The position numbers were made by a program, and so were the translations under genes. A DNA stretch of 59,625 bases, filler included. It is 7 parts of 7 records of this genome, joined end to end, with 100 filler letters (N's around TTAATTAATTAA, not from the genome) between each part and the next. Parts side by side here need not be neighbours in the genome. Positions count along the whole stretch, not along the records: positions 1 to 13,693 come from DRR723986_30686; positions 13,794 to 24,088 come from DRR723986_30716; 5 more parts are not named here. One strand, written 5' to 3'. Below, in pieces: positions 12,701 through 22,018 of the stretch. The notes below the pieces were generated by a model. The model saw only the letters and a program-made list of their open reading frames with translations, was not told the DNA's origin and did no database searches. How positions within the stretch are numbered: position 1 is the first letter of the stretch; each line of letters opens with the position of its first letter.

Positions 12701-13237
12701 CGTCTCATCCCAAGTCTCAAACTCAGAAATTCCTTGCATTACTGGATGATCAGCATTGACAATAGTAGCTGTAAAATCTCCTGTGCCATGTGTGCTAAAC
12801 TGCCCGCCGACTGCCTCTACAAACCAGTCCGAATTGCGGAAGCAAAACGAAGCACTGTGGATCGGAATTAATGCTTTACCACTTTCTATGTATGATTTTA
12901 GCGCAGATTCTTGCTCTGTGGTAATCTCATCATGATTGGCATAGATCATCAAACCATCATAATTGTTTAGCTTGGTAGAATTTAAGTCAGCTACATCAGT
13001 GGTGTAAGTGAGGTTGATTCCTTTTTGAAATAATGGTGTCTGCAAATACATCATCAATTTCTCTGAATTGTGATGCTCACTTTCATGACCAAGAACAAGG
13101 ATCTCTATGCGCCTAGGTTCAGATGATGAAAGAAAGTTTTGATTGCCTTTACCTCCGCATCCTGCGAGTATGGCAATAATTAGAATCACCATTCCGTAAA
13201 TAGGTGACTTTGGTAATTTTGGGATTTTAAAATTCAT
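9722..13237 (-). CDS. Multidomain lipoprotein: ThuA-like + PVC-type membrane-bound dehydrogenase propeller + HEAT repeats + ConA/LamG-like + C-terminal cupredoxin
   Basis: Lipobox LAGC; ThuA motifs GKGRVFYTAYGH; FELELFASEP...DERGRL...EDTNGDGKAD; GPDGSLWVADWYN...HGRIYR; C-terminal HNLVI...CTLPNHWKKM. No CxxCH seen. Confidence 0.85.
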   Translation of the reverse strand: MNFKIPKLPKSPIYGMVILIIAILAGCGGKGNQNFLSSSEPRRIEILVLGHESEHHNSEKLMMYLQTPLFQKGINLTYTTDVADLNSTKLNNYDGLMIYANHDEITTEQESALKSYIESGKALIPIHSASFCFRNSDWFVEAVGGQFSTHGTGDFTATIVNADHPVMQGISEFETWDETYVHSQVNPDMTVLMERVDDKGKEPYTWVREQGKGRVFYTAYGHNEKTWEKKEFQELVANGILWAVGDDVNELLAEYNIPQPQFEDADIPNYERKDPAPRYQLPLSAEESMKLVQVPVGFELELFASEPMIINPIAFAWDERGRLFVIETTDYPNEIRKEGGDDKIKILEDTNGDGKADKVTVFAEGLNIPTSIMAVNGGMLISMAPDFVFLKDTDGDDVADVKEVVMTGWGKFDTHAGPSNLKYGFDNKVWGVLGYSGFNGEVSGKKFNFSQGVYRFTPTWENMEFLGRTSNNTWGLGFSEDFETFISTANGQHSVYLAMETKYAKRTVYRGTPNTAIGIDTHYDMPHITPFLRQVDWHGSYTAAAGHNLYTARNFPKEYWNQMAFVAEPTGRVLHNSQIIQEGSGFREKNAFNILASSDEWFSPVHAEVGPDGSLWVADWYNFIIQHNPTPRGFENGEGNAYINPLRDRQHGRIYRLTYKGNESSETFDLKDADGDELLAALQSDNMFWRLTAQRLIVETKNMDVLEGLYEIINDQTVDEVGLNAPAINALWALHGLGALDGSNANAQQVVEKALTHPSAAVRKNAVRVIPKNQAALDAILAANLMEDDNLQTRKNAIVAVSEMPTSADVSKKLLAIAENKDNANDEFLPQAIFAAALTHPSAFEGREVAPKSEADSLMGVADRIAKSLVSESYTLSQRNALLFPPDPTGKEMTIEMEVSPSRDALDGVMVAQGNGTNGYSLYVYKDALHFAIAQDGDVKIISSRKNLPSERFQVKATLMEDGSMALMIDGKEVAKGKTKGLFTGPLSPESVRVGQFDSNNKVGDYEGNWRFSGRIGNDSSLDLKKASAPQEGKAVSSIEESIEVVKNGLVTLTTIPHEMSFDKYSFIVTAGSKLVVDFNNPDFVQHNLVIGAIGSLEKIGQAADKMAQDLTGMDKSFIPETTDVLASTSLVFPNSSDSIIMTVPSQKGDYPFVCTLPNHWKKMNGIMKVI

Positions 13238-13599
13238 ATCAGTAATTGAACAGGTTTTAGTGAACTAATTTCCAGTATTATTCCCGTCATTTCTCCCTGT
13301 TTTAGATTAAAATATGACTGAATTATGATCAATCATGACAGATTTACTTTAAAATAGTATAGTAAACCAGATATTACTATTAAAAAAATATCAAATTCGA
13401 AGCTGATCAGAACTGCTGGGCGATTAATCCTAAAATATATAAGGTGATTTCAATCAATCAGTTAAGTAAAAATTTCACCTATCCTATTCAAACATGTCCT
13501 ACGTATTTTGCCGTGGTGAATTGATTTGGCACATAGGATTGGCTTCAATCCGTCACTTAGGCAACAAAAAATAAACTACAAAAGGAGGGTTTTCTATTA

Positions 13600-13633
13600 A
13601 AAATAAAAGGCCTAGACGTGTGTCTAAGCCTTT
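13600..13633 (-). terminator. Terminator downstream of tRNA-Arg
   Basis: Minus strand reads aaaggcttagac-acac-gtctaggcctttt-atttt directly after the tRNA 3' end. Confidence 0.75.
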
Positions 13634-13639
13634 GTAATG

Positions 13640-13693
13640 TGCACTCGGAAGGATTCGAACCCTCAACCCTCAGAGCCGAAATCTGATATTCTA
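13640..13693 (-). tRNA. tRNA-Arg(UCG), 5' part lost at the contig end
   Basis: Reverse complement: TAGAATA TCAGA-TTTCGGC-TCTGA GGGTT GAGGG-TTCGAAT-CCTTC CGAGTGC A; anticodon TCG; CCA not encoded. Confidence 0.9.
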
Positions 13694-13793
13694 NNNNNNN
13701 NNNNNNNNNNNNNNNNNNNNNNNNNNNNNNNNNNNNNTTAATTAATTAANNNNNNNNNNNNNNNNNNNNNNNNNNNNNNNNNNNNNNNNNNNN
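13694..13793. other. Artificial contig linker
   Basis: 44 N + TTAATTAATTAA (stops in all six frames) + 44 N. Confidence 0.99.
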
Positions 13794-14141
13794 CGGAGGC
13801 TATCATCCGGATGGGTGAGCCTTAGGAGATGGTTACTTTTTGATCGCCAAAAAGTGACAAAGATAAATCCTATATAAAATGTAGGAAGGCTGGAATCTCT
13901 GAAGAAAAATGAAGCAGTGGTAAATAGAAGTCACATTTTCTTATCAGATATTTAGCTTAAAGCCCAACTTGCTTTCCCACTAAATTCAGGGTACAAGCAC
14001 CAAAACAACTACTAGTTTTCTATTGAAGTAAGGGTAAGTTCATGTATGCCTTACCTAGCTTTGGAGGGCTAATGTTTTTTCAGGAAATTTCTAAACACCT
14101 TCAGTTTTAAAATCTTATTCGGGCTCGCCACATTATTGTGC

Positions 14142-14149
14142 TATCTTTG
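14142..14149 (+). promoter_or_regulatory. Bacteroidota housekeeping promoter -7 element
   Basis: TATCTTTG matches TAnnTTTG and ends 24 nt before the ATG at 14173. Confidence 0.65.
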
Positions 14150-14172
14150 CAGCCCGATTTGAATTAGCAAAG

Positions 14173-15276
14173 ATGCAAAAAGCACTATTTCTTCTATCAA
14201 TACCGCCTCCAGTCCATGGAGCTTCAATGATGGGGAAGTATATTCAGGATAGTAAAGTAATCAACCAGGCTTTTAATATTACTTATATCAACCTGAACAC
14301 ATCTACCTCTGTAGATGAAATCGGAGGGCAAGGAATTGCCAAGTACCTGAGAATAGTTTCACTTTTCTTCAAAGTGTTAGTTCAGTTAATCCTGATAAGG
14401 CCCCATTTCACCTACATGACCCCTACAGCAGGAGGGATGGGGTTTTATAAGGATTGGCCATTAGCCATGATTTGCAAGCTGTTTTCAGGCAAATTTATCG
14501 CTCATTTTCATAATAAAGGGGCTAGTAATTACCAAGATTCTAAAGTCGATAACTGGCTATACCGTAGGTTTTTTAACAATACCAATGTCATTCTCTTAGC
14601 AGAGGAATTATATACAGACATTTGTAAATATGTGGGAAGAGAGAGGCTTTATATATGCCCCAACGGTATTCCTGATCCTTACCAAGAATTAGTATCCAAA
14701 GAAAGTAACGAACCACTAAAGTTACTTTTCCTTTCAAATCTTATCCGGGAGAAAGGAATCTTTGATTTACTTCAGGCCATTGCATTATTGAAAAAAGATA
14801 ACATTCCTGTACAATGCGATATAGTCGGAGGAGATGGTGATATTTCTGAAAAGGAATTGCTGGAAGAGATTGCCTTGCTTGATATCAAGGAACAAATCAA
14901 TTTTTTGGGGAAACGCTACGGAAGCGAAAAACTTCAACTAATCCAGTCTTCAGATATCTTCGTATTTCCTACTTATTATCGTAAAGAATGCTTCCCTTTA
15001 GTACTATTGGAAGCGATGGCTTTTGGACTTCCTATTATCACCACCACTGAAGGAGGAATTCCTTCTATTATTAGAAATGAGGAAAATGGGTTGATTATAA
15101 AATCAAAAGATCCCCAAAACTTGTCTTTGGTAATCAGAAAATTGCTATATAATAAAGAAATGAGATCTTTGTTAGGAAAAGCTGCCCGGAAAGATTTTAG
15201 TCAAGAATTCACATTAGAGAAATTTGAGCAAAATTTTCTTAGAAATATTGAGCAAATCGTTTTAAAAGAACAGTAG
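14173..15276 (+). CDS. Glycosyltransferase family 4
   Basis: PPPVHG N-terminus, PNGI, LFLSNLIREKG, ECFPLVLLEAM (E-x7-E). Confidence 0.93.
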   Translation: MQKALFLLSIPPPVHGASMMGKYIQDSKVINQAFNITYINLNTSTSVDEIGGQGIAKYLRIVSLFFKVLVQLILIRPHFTYMTPTAGGMGFYKDWPLAMICKLFSGKFIAHFHNKGASNYQDSKVDNWLYRRFFNNTNVILLAEELYTDICKYVGRERLYICPNGIPDPYQELVSKESNEPLKLLFLSNLIREKGIFDLLQAIALLKKDNIPVQCDIVGGDGDISEKELLEEIALLDIKEQINFLGKRYGSEKLQLIQSSDIFVFPTYYRKECFPLVLLEAMAFGLPIITTTEGGIPSIIRNEENGLIIKSKDPQNLSLVIRKLLYNKEMRSLLGKAARKDFSQEFTLEKFEQNFLRNIEQIVLKEQ

Positions 15277-15285
15277 GTTTAAGAT

Positions 15286-16008
15286 ATGGAAATCAGGTTT
15301 AAAGATTATGTAATACAAACCCAATTACCTACCTCATGGAATGAGGACAGTAAATTTGTTATTAATACTATTAACCCGCATTCCTATTGTATAGCTGAAG
15401 AAGATCCCGAGTTTAAGCAGGCACTCACTAGTTCGGATATCCTACTTCCAGATGGTGTGGGTATAGTATGGGCTAGCAGATTCATGTATGGCGCCAAAAT
15501 CCGGAAAGTAGCAGGCTACGACTTGCATTTGCATTTTCTTGAGTTGCTGAATAAGCAGAGCGGCAAGGTGTTTTACCTTGGATCTACTGACAGTACACTT
15601 CAAAAAATTCAGCTTAGACTGCAATCAGACTATCCAAATATAGAGTTTCACTGCTACAGCCCACCATTTAAGCCTTTGATGGATGATCAGGATAATGCCC
15701 AGATCCACCAAATTATCAATAAGGTTAAACCACAGATTTTGTTTGTAGGGATGACTGCTCCGAAGCAGGAAAAGTGGGTCCACCAGAATAAAGATTCCTT
15801 AGATGTAGAAGTAATTTGTTCCATTGGAGCAGTGTTCGATTTTTATTCAGGTAATGTCAAAAGACCAAGTAAAATATGGATAGACTTGGGACTGGAATGG
15901 TTACCCCGATTGCTCAACGAACCAAAAAGATTGTGGAGAAGAACGTTTATCTCCAGCCCTAAGTTTTTGCTCTATCTTATTTCTTCCAAATTTTCAACAT
16001 CCTCCTAA
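15286..16008 (+). CDS. WecB/TagA/CpsF family glycosyltransferase (GT26)
   Basis: TINPH, LPDGVG, VGMTAPKQEKW, IGAVFDF, GLEWLPRLLNEPKRLWRR. Confidence 0.94.
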   Translation: MEIRFKDYVIQTQLPTSWNEDSKFVINTINPHSYCIAEEDPEFKQALTSSDILLPDGVGIVWASRFMYGAKIRKVAGYDLHLHFLELLNKQSGKVFYLGSTDSTLQKIQLRLQSDYPNIEFHCYSPPFKPLMDDQDNAQIHQIINKVKPQILFVGMTAPKQEKWVHQNKDSLDVEVICSIGAVFDFYSGNVKRPSKIWIDLGLEWLPRLLNEPKRLWRRTFISSPKFLLYLISSKFSTSS

Positions 16009-16280
16009 TTACCTGTTACGGAATGACACTTGACCATAACAGTCGTCAAATAGAACTGGCTAGGATATTTAGTATAGGGAAAGCTTTTTTCAGTTATTGG
16101 AAAATGACTTCTTGCACATACCTTAACATTTCACAAACAATACCCGGTGGCCGAGCACGATTACTGAGCTTGTCGAAGCATTCGGCGGCCATTTGGCTAA
16201 GCAAATGTTACGGACAAAGAAGCGTAAAATCACAAAAAATAAACCTGGATATGCTTAAATAGCTCAATCCTGAATTATAG

Positions 16281-17645
16281 ATGAATAACCAATGGATTGA
16301 TAAGTTTCGCGCTTATCCAAAAGTACATTCCCTTCTTGAGAAGGCATTTTCTTCTGAATTATTTAAAAGGATACTTAGAGGCTCCTTCTGGAATGCTATA
16401 CTTAATTTTTTCAGCAAAGGAGTTTCATTTATAGGTACAGTCATAATTATTCGGCTCATAGGCAAAGAAGCGTATGGGGAATTTGGAATGCTGAATAGTA
16501 CCATCGCCATGTTTGGTATGTTCACTACCTTCAGTATTTCTCAGACTGCTACTAAGCATATTGCCGAGTTTCGAGACCTAGATAGACCCAAGGCAGGGAG
16601 AATAATAGGCTTGTCATTCCTGTTTTCTGCCACCATGGGCTTGTTGATTTTCACCATAGTACAGCTTACTGCTGGAATGTTGGCAACAAACTCCCTGAAT
16701 GCCCCGCATTTGGAGGGTAGCCTTCGTCTTATGGCTACAGGCATGTTGTTTGGTTCCCTGAATGGCGCACAATACGGAGTGATCAATGGTCTTGAAGCAT
16801 TCAAGGAAAATTCCTTTTTGGGGATCTTGCTCGGTATCACGCTGACCATAATGAAAATAGCACTCACTTATTGGTTTGGATTCTATGGTGCAGTATTAGG
16901 GATGACAATAGAGCCCTTTGTTACCTACCTGGCTACTTTTTACCTCATCAGGAAATTACTTAAGCGCTCCCAGCTGAAAATCATGTTTGCTGGGGCATTG
17001 AAAGAATATAAAATCCTGTTCAATTACAGTCTTCCTTCACTGCTGTCCGGTCTATTGATTTTTCCGACGAATTGGTATACCATGTCCTTGCTGGCAACAA
17101 ATAAGGAGGGAGGCTATGATGATTTAGCAGATTTCAATGTGGCCAACCAATGGTTTAATGTGCTTATTTTTATCACCTATATTTTGGTCAGCAGCTTCTT
17201 GCCGATTTTCTCTGACTTATGGGCGAAAAAAGAATACCAAAAGGTAAACCGCATTGTCAAAAATGCCTCTGCGACGATTTTGGCTATATTCATTCCTATA
17301 AGTATCATCTTTTTGATTTTTGGAGAATCTATAGGAAAAATATATGGCGTAGAATATACCGGTGTAGGGATTCTGATTTTCGTCTCGGTATTTACACTCA
17401 TCCCGCAATCCCTATGTATAGTTCTGAACAATGTCCTTGTAGCGAGCGGTAGATTGTGGACCAGCCTTCTGGTCTTTGCCGCCTGGAGTATTACATTTAT
17501 AGGACTTACTTTCGCACTTCTCTCGTACTCATCTATGGGATTGGTCATCTCCAGACTGATTGCTTTTGTGCTCTATCTAATTATTCTATTTTTGGTTTAT
17601 CGTAGCTATTATAGAAAATCAAAACTCCAAACCCAGATAATTTGA
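16281..17645 (+). CDS. wzx: Oligosaccharide flippase (Wzx/MOP family)
   Basis: Many hydrophobic helices; RLIGKEAYGEFG N-terminal flippase pattern; lies among glycosyltransferases. Confidence 0.88.
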   Translation: MNNQWIDKFRAYPKVHSLLEKAFSSELFKRILRGSFWNAILNFFSKGVSFIGTVIIIRLIGKEAYGEFGMLNSTIAMFGMFTTFSISQTATKHIAEFRDLDRPKAGRIIGLSFLFSATMGLLIFTIVQLTAGMLATNSLNAPHLEGSLRLMATGMLFGSLNGAQYGVINGLEAFKENSFLGILLGITLTIMKIALTYWFGFYGAVLGMTIEPFVTYLATFYLIRKLLKRSQLKIMFAGALKEYKILFNYSLPSLLSGLLIFPTNWYTMSLLATNKEGGYDDLADFNVANQWFNVLIFITYILVSSFLPIFSDLWAKKEYQKVNRIVKNASATILAIFIPISIIFLIFGESIGKIYGVEYTGVGILIFVSVFTLIPQSLCIVLNNVLVASGRLWTSLLVFAAWSITFIGLTFALLSYSSMGLVISRLIAFVLYLIILFLVYRSYYRKSKLQTQII

Positions 17646-18820
17646 AAGTAGGCATTGTAACCTATGCATTAAATATAGGTGGCGTTGAGCGGGTAATCCT
17701 AAATCTGTATCAAGGCCTTCTAGCTCATGGGTACCAGCCTACAATCATAGAAATCATGAAGAAAGGGGAGTGGAGCGAAAAGTTTCAGTCCATGGGCTTG
17801 CAAGTAGAGCAAGTGCTGCCCAGTCAATGGGAAAGTAAAAAGAAACATGCCTTTCGAATTCTGAATAAGCTAAAGGAGTATAGACTCCTTTTTTTAAATG
17901 ATGTGCAATACGCGCACAGTATTTTGGGATTTCTTCCACCCGCTACACGCGTCTTCCCGATAGTTCATGGGGATTTAGAATCCATGCTTTACAATGCATC
18001 GTTCAATATTTCTCAGATTCAAAATATCCTTTGTGTCAATCCAATCTTGGAAGAACGCCTGACTAAGGAATATGCTGTGCCACAGGGAATGATTCATGTC
18101 GTTCCTAATTGCCTGGATACGGAGAATATCTCTCAACCATCTACGCTCAAAACGAAGGAGTTTGTCTACTTGGGGAGATTAAATGATTTTGAAAAGGGTG
18201 TGATGGATATTCCTGAGATTATGAAGATCGTTTCTGAAAATTTCCCGGAGGTTCAACTTGATATTTATGGATCAGGTACGCATGAAGAAGCGCTGAGAAA
18301 TAAGATTCGAAGCTTTGGGCTTGAAGGAATCATAAGCTTGAAAGGTGAACTAGACCCCGAGAAGGTTCATGATACCTTATCTCACTATAAATATTTGATT
18401 TTCCCGTCGAAATTTGAAAGTGGAGCCCTAGTACTTAAAGAAGCCATGCTTAACGGCCTGATACCTTTTGCATACCGTCTTCCCGGTCAGACGGACGTTA
18501 TTGTGACGCACGGAAAAAATGGTTTTTTAGCGGAGCCTGGGAATATTTCTGAGTTTGCAGACCATATTTTAGCGCTTTACCCAAATCAAGAATTGGTAAA
18601 AGAAATTAGCGAAAATGCAGTTGATTCTATTCAGAAGAATTTCTCCTTGAAGGTGATGATGCATGCTTACCAACAAATAATTGACATGGCATTAAAATCT
18701 CCAGACCCGCAAAGGTCTGGCAGACTTGAAATCGAAATTTTAGAAGATTTCACCAACCTACCTTTAATTTTAATAAGGCCATTCAGAAAAATCCTAAGAG
18801 GATTAGGCTTATACAAATGA
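17642..18820 (+). CDS. Glycosyltransferase family 4
   Basis: TTG start overlapping the flippase stop; GGVERV, YLGRL...KG, FESGALVLKEAM. Confidence 0.9.
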   Translation: MKVGIVTYALNIGGVERVILNLYQGLLAHGYQPTIIEIMKKGEWSEKFQSMGLQVEQVLPSQWESKKKHAFRILNKLKEYRLLFLNDVQYAHSILGFLPPATRVFPIVHGDLESMLYNASFNISQIQNILCVNPILEERLTKEYAVPQGMIHVVPNCLDTENISQPSTLKTKEFVYLGRLNDFEKGVMDIPEIMKIVSENFPEVQLDIYGSGTHEEALRNKIRSFGLEGIISLKGELDPEKVHDTLSHYKYLIFPSKFESGALVLKEAMLNGLIPFAYRLPGQTDVIVTHGKNGFLAEPGNISEFADHILALYPNQELVKEISENAVDSIQKNFSLKVMMHAYQQIIDMALKSPDPQRSGRLEIEILEDFTNLPLILIRPFRKILRGLGLYK

Positions 18821-20055
18821 AAACAGTTAGAATCTTATTTATTACCACTGCTTTTCCACCTTACGAATTTTCAGAAGCTCTAGTTAATGCTAAATTGGTA
18901 ATGGCCTTGAAGGAAAATGGCCATGATGTACATGTTATCTCCCGCCCAGCCACCATAGTGTATAATGACGCATGGTCTGGATTGTGGAAATCACTTGAAC
19001 ATCAAGTGTATTATCCTAGCTCTGGCAAAATATCCAAGCTTAGTAAGATTTCCTCCTCACTCAAGGGAATACTGAGATACAAATTACCGGTAGAAGGTAT
19101 TCGCTGGGGACTGGAAGCTGAGAAACTTGCCACCAAACTCCACCAAGAGAAAGGCTTTGATCTAATTATGACCAGAATGCCATCTCTTTTCCCTCACTTA
19201 TTAGGTTTGAGACTAGGCAAAGCCTGGAATGTCCCCGTTGTCTCCAACTGGAATGACCCTACGGATGATATTCGACCTTTAGGACACAAAGTCTCAAGAA
19301 AAGCCTCCTTCTTTTTTAAATTGATCTCGCGAAGAGCTTTTAGTTCAGCTACATTAAATACTTTCCCTTCCAGCCAATTACTAGAGCATTACTTAAAGAC
19401 AAACCTTAAAGGTCTAACTGCAGCAACTGAGATTATACCACATATAGGTTTTTACCCTGATTTTGCCTTAACTCATCAGGTGGGCGAAATACCGAGAATT
19501 GTCCATGCCGGTAATATGCTGGATAATATTCAACTGGATTTGTTGTTAGAATCCCTGCATTCCCTAGCAAAAAAAGGATTGAAATTTGAACTCCATGTAT
19601 TTGGAATGGTTCAGGAGAAATTGTTGAGTGCTATTCCAAAGCTGGGGTTAGAGAACTGTATTTTCGTACACAATCCTCTTGGTTATTCAGAGATGATTGA
19701 GAAGCTGGTTCAGTTTGATTTTCTCTTGATCCTTGAAGCCCAATACCCTGAAGGTATTCTAATGCTCAGTAAACTTTCTGATTACGCCTCTTTGAAAAAG
19801 CCCATTATTGCACTCTCGCCTAAAAATGGTGTTACAGCCAATTATTTTGCAAATCAAAAAGGCTTTCATCTTTTCGACAACACCAATCAGACTGAGATAG
19901 AAAATGGATTGGAGAAGATTCTAGTGCAATTCCCCAAGCATGCACTTCCAGAACCAGATAACAAGCTTTGGTCGGAAGTTAACCCAGCCCAAATTGTCGC
20001 ACAGTATGCAAGGATTTTCTCCTCTATCATCCAACCGAAAAGTATCCGGAGTTAA
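18817..20055 (+). CDS. Glycosyltransferase, GT4-like (GT-B fold)
   Basis: ATGA overlap with the previous gene; ILFITTAFPP, GHDVHVI, IVHAGN, SKLSDYASLKKPII. Confidence 0.8.
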   Translation: MKTVRILFITTAFPPYEFSEALVNAKLVMALKENGHDVHVISRPATIVYNDAWSGLWKSLEHQVYYPSSGKISKLSKISSSLKGILRYKLPVEGIRWGLEAEKLATKLHQEKGFDLIMTRMPSLFPHLLGLRLGKAWNVPVVSNWNDPTDDIRPLGHKVSRKASFFFKLISRRAFSSATLNTFPSSQLLEHYLKTNLKGLTAATEIIPHIGFYPDFALTHQVGEIPRIVHAGNMLDNIQLDLLLESLHSLAKKGLKFELHVFGMVQEKLLSAIPKLGLENCIFVHNPLGYSEMIEKLVQFDFLLILEAQYPEGILMLSKLSDYASLKKPIIALSPKNGVTANYFANQKGFHLFDNTNQTEIENGLEKILVQFPKHALPEPDNKLWSEVNPAQIVAQYARIFSSIIQPKSIRS

Positions 20056-20829
20056 CAGCCTCGCTTTGACATGCAGTAAACAGCAACTGCCTATTAATTA
20101 CCTAGGTTCCACCGATAGGAACAGCTTCCCTGCGACCTGCTTTGAAGTAGAATAGGGGAGTAGATAATAAAGTTACCCCTGATTTACTTCCTATACTCTT
20201 CCCCTTCTTCACACTCAGCACTACTATTTATTTCAGAAGAAAAACCAGCAATTGGCGCACTAGCTATTAATTATATTTTTTATAAAATTATTGCAACATT
20301 AAGTTTACATGTTTATATTGATCTACAGATTTATATAAATCAACAGCTTATTTGGGGATGTTAACTCTTGTTTTGGGGATTTTTCTACCCGCATAGAACG
20401 CTGCTTGATTTCAAAAAGTAAAGCACAGTGCGTTGATTTATTTGAATCTTTCTTTACGAGTTCTCAGAAAATGCTTTTGTTTTTCTTTCTTTTTCTAGAG
20501 TGCTCGATTTATAATGTGTCTTTTACCCTTTTAAAGCTAGTTTTGGGTAGAATCCCAAGCAAGACCTATTTCTGAGGATTTTTAGATCAATAAAAGAAAT
20601 AGACTTTCTATTATCAAAATCGCCGGAATGGCATGAAAATTTATTCGAATGAGAAAGTATTATCCGTTCGAAATGAGGTACTAATAGTTAATTTGTAACC
20701 ATAAATTAATTTTTAGTTAATTGTTTGAAATAACGAGTTGTCATTGTTTAGTTAAAAAAAATCCCGTTATTTTGCACTTTCAATTCACGCGGAAGAACTC
20801 AAGTATTTGCAAAAAATCTTTACTACTAG

Positions 20830-21981
20830 ATGAATCAACTTTTATCATTGATCTCTTCCTTCGGTTTGGGGGTTTTGATCTTACCCGTACTAATTATTAT
20901 TCTTAATAAGGCAAACATAGGAGATATACCAGGTGGGAGGAAAATCCACAGTAAGATTACTCCTTCCATGGGTGGTATAGCAATTATCTTTGCAGGCTTA
21001 GTTTCCTTTGGAATATGGGGCTGGCACATGTCACCTGGAACAATGAGATATGTTTCCTTATCTATTCTAATCATGTTCTTTATTGGTATCCGTGATGATT
21101 TTTCTCCTTTAAGCGCATTCCAAAAAATCCTAATGCAATTGGGAGCTTTGTTCCTGATCTATTTCTTCGCGGAAATTCGTGTAACCAATTTTTACGGATT
21201 CCTTGGAATCTATGAGTTGCCAGAGTTTTTTAGTTTCTTGTTTACCATCGTCACTTTGTTTGCTATTACTAATGCCTATAATTTAATTGATGGGATTGAT
21301 GGCCTAGCAGGCACAATTGCTAGCATCCCTCTATTGATTTTAGGGTTTTGGTTTGATTACGTAGGATATGTAGGTTATTCAATCTTATGTTTTGGCCTTT
21401 TAGGGGCAATTTTGGCTTTTTTATCATTCAACTGGCACCCAGCAAAAATTTTCATGGGAGATACAGGTTCCTTGCCTCTTGGCTTCGCACTAGCAGTGAT
21501 GGTAGTCGCTTTTATGAATGTCAACGCAGAACTTCCATTGGATAATGCCTATAAAATCAAACCGAATTTCAGTTTTGCAGTCGCTATGGTTCTCATACCA
21601 TTATTTGATATGGCTAGAGTTTTTGCAAAACGACTTTCGAGCGGAAAGCATCCAATGAAAGCCGATAAAAATCACCTGCACCATTTGCTTGTACGCTTTG
21701 GTATGAAGCAGCCCAAAGTAGTTCTCCTTTTAGTACTTGTTCAATTAGCCGTATTATTCTCAATAGTGATCCTGAGAGATTTTTCTGACAACGTGGTACT
21801 ACCATTAGTTTGTGTGTTGGTTTTAAGTATAGGTTTAGGTTTAGAAGCCATCACTCCGAAATTTTTGAAAATTAAAATCATGAAGAAGGTTCCTAAAGTT
21901 TACAACTTTACCGTGCCTACGCCAATCAAACCAAAAATGGAAACTGAGGACCTAAATAAAATGCCAATTAATATGAATTAA
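20830..21981 (+). CDS. MraY/WecA family undecaprenyl-phosphate GlcNAc-1-phosphate transferase
   Basis: RKIH...PSMGG, GIRDD, NAYNLIDGIDGLAG, PAKIFMGDTG, DKNHLHHLL. Confidence 0.93.
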   Translation: MNQLLSLISSFGLGVLILPVLIIILNKANIGDIPGGRKIHSKITPSMGGIAIIFAGLVSFGIWGWHMSPGTMRYVSLSILIMFFIGIRDDFSPLSAFQKILMQLGALFLIYFFAEIRVTNFYGFLGIYELPEFFSFLFTIVTLFAITNAYNLIDGIDGLAGTIASIPLLILGFWFDYVGYVGYSILCFGLLGAILAFLSFNWHPAKIFMGDTGSLPLGFALAVMVVAFMNVNAELPLDNAYKIKPNFSFAVAMVLIPLFDMARVFAKRLSSGKHPMKADKNHLHHLLVRFGMKQPKVVLLLVLVQLAVLFSIVILRDFSDNVVLPLVCVLVLSIGLGLEAITPKFLKIKIMKKVPKVYNFTVPTPIKPKMETEDLNKMPINMN

Positions 21982-22018
21982 TTGATAAGCATTATTTCTG
22001 AATGATCTTTAACAATAC

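Noticed and set aside
13238-13693. Genomic island integrated at tRNA-Arg
   Set aside because: No integrase and no duplicated tRNA 3' end in the contig.
13738-13749. TTAATTAATTAA as a biological repeat
   Set aside because: Identical in all six gaps and centred in N-runs; a synthetic six-frame stop linker.
16023-16262. 79-aa ORF between the GT26 gene and wzx
   Set aside because: No recognisable motif and it runs through the REP-like element.
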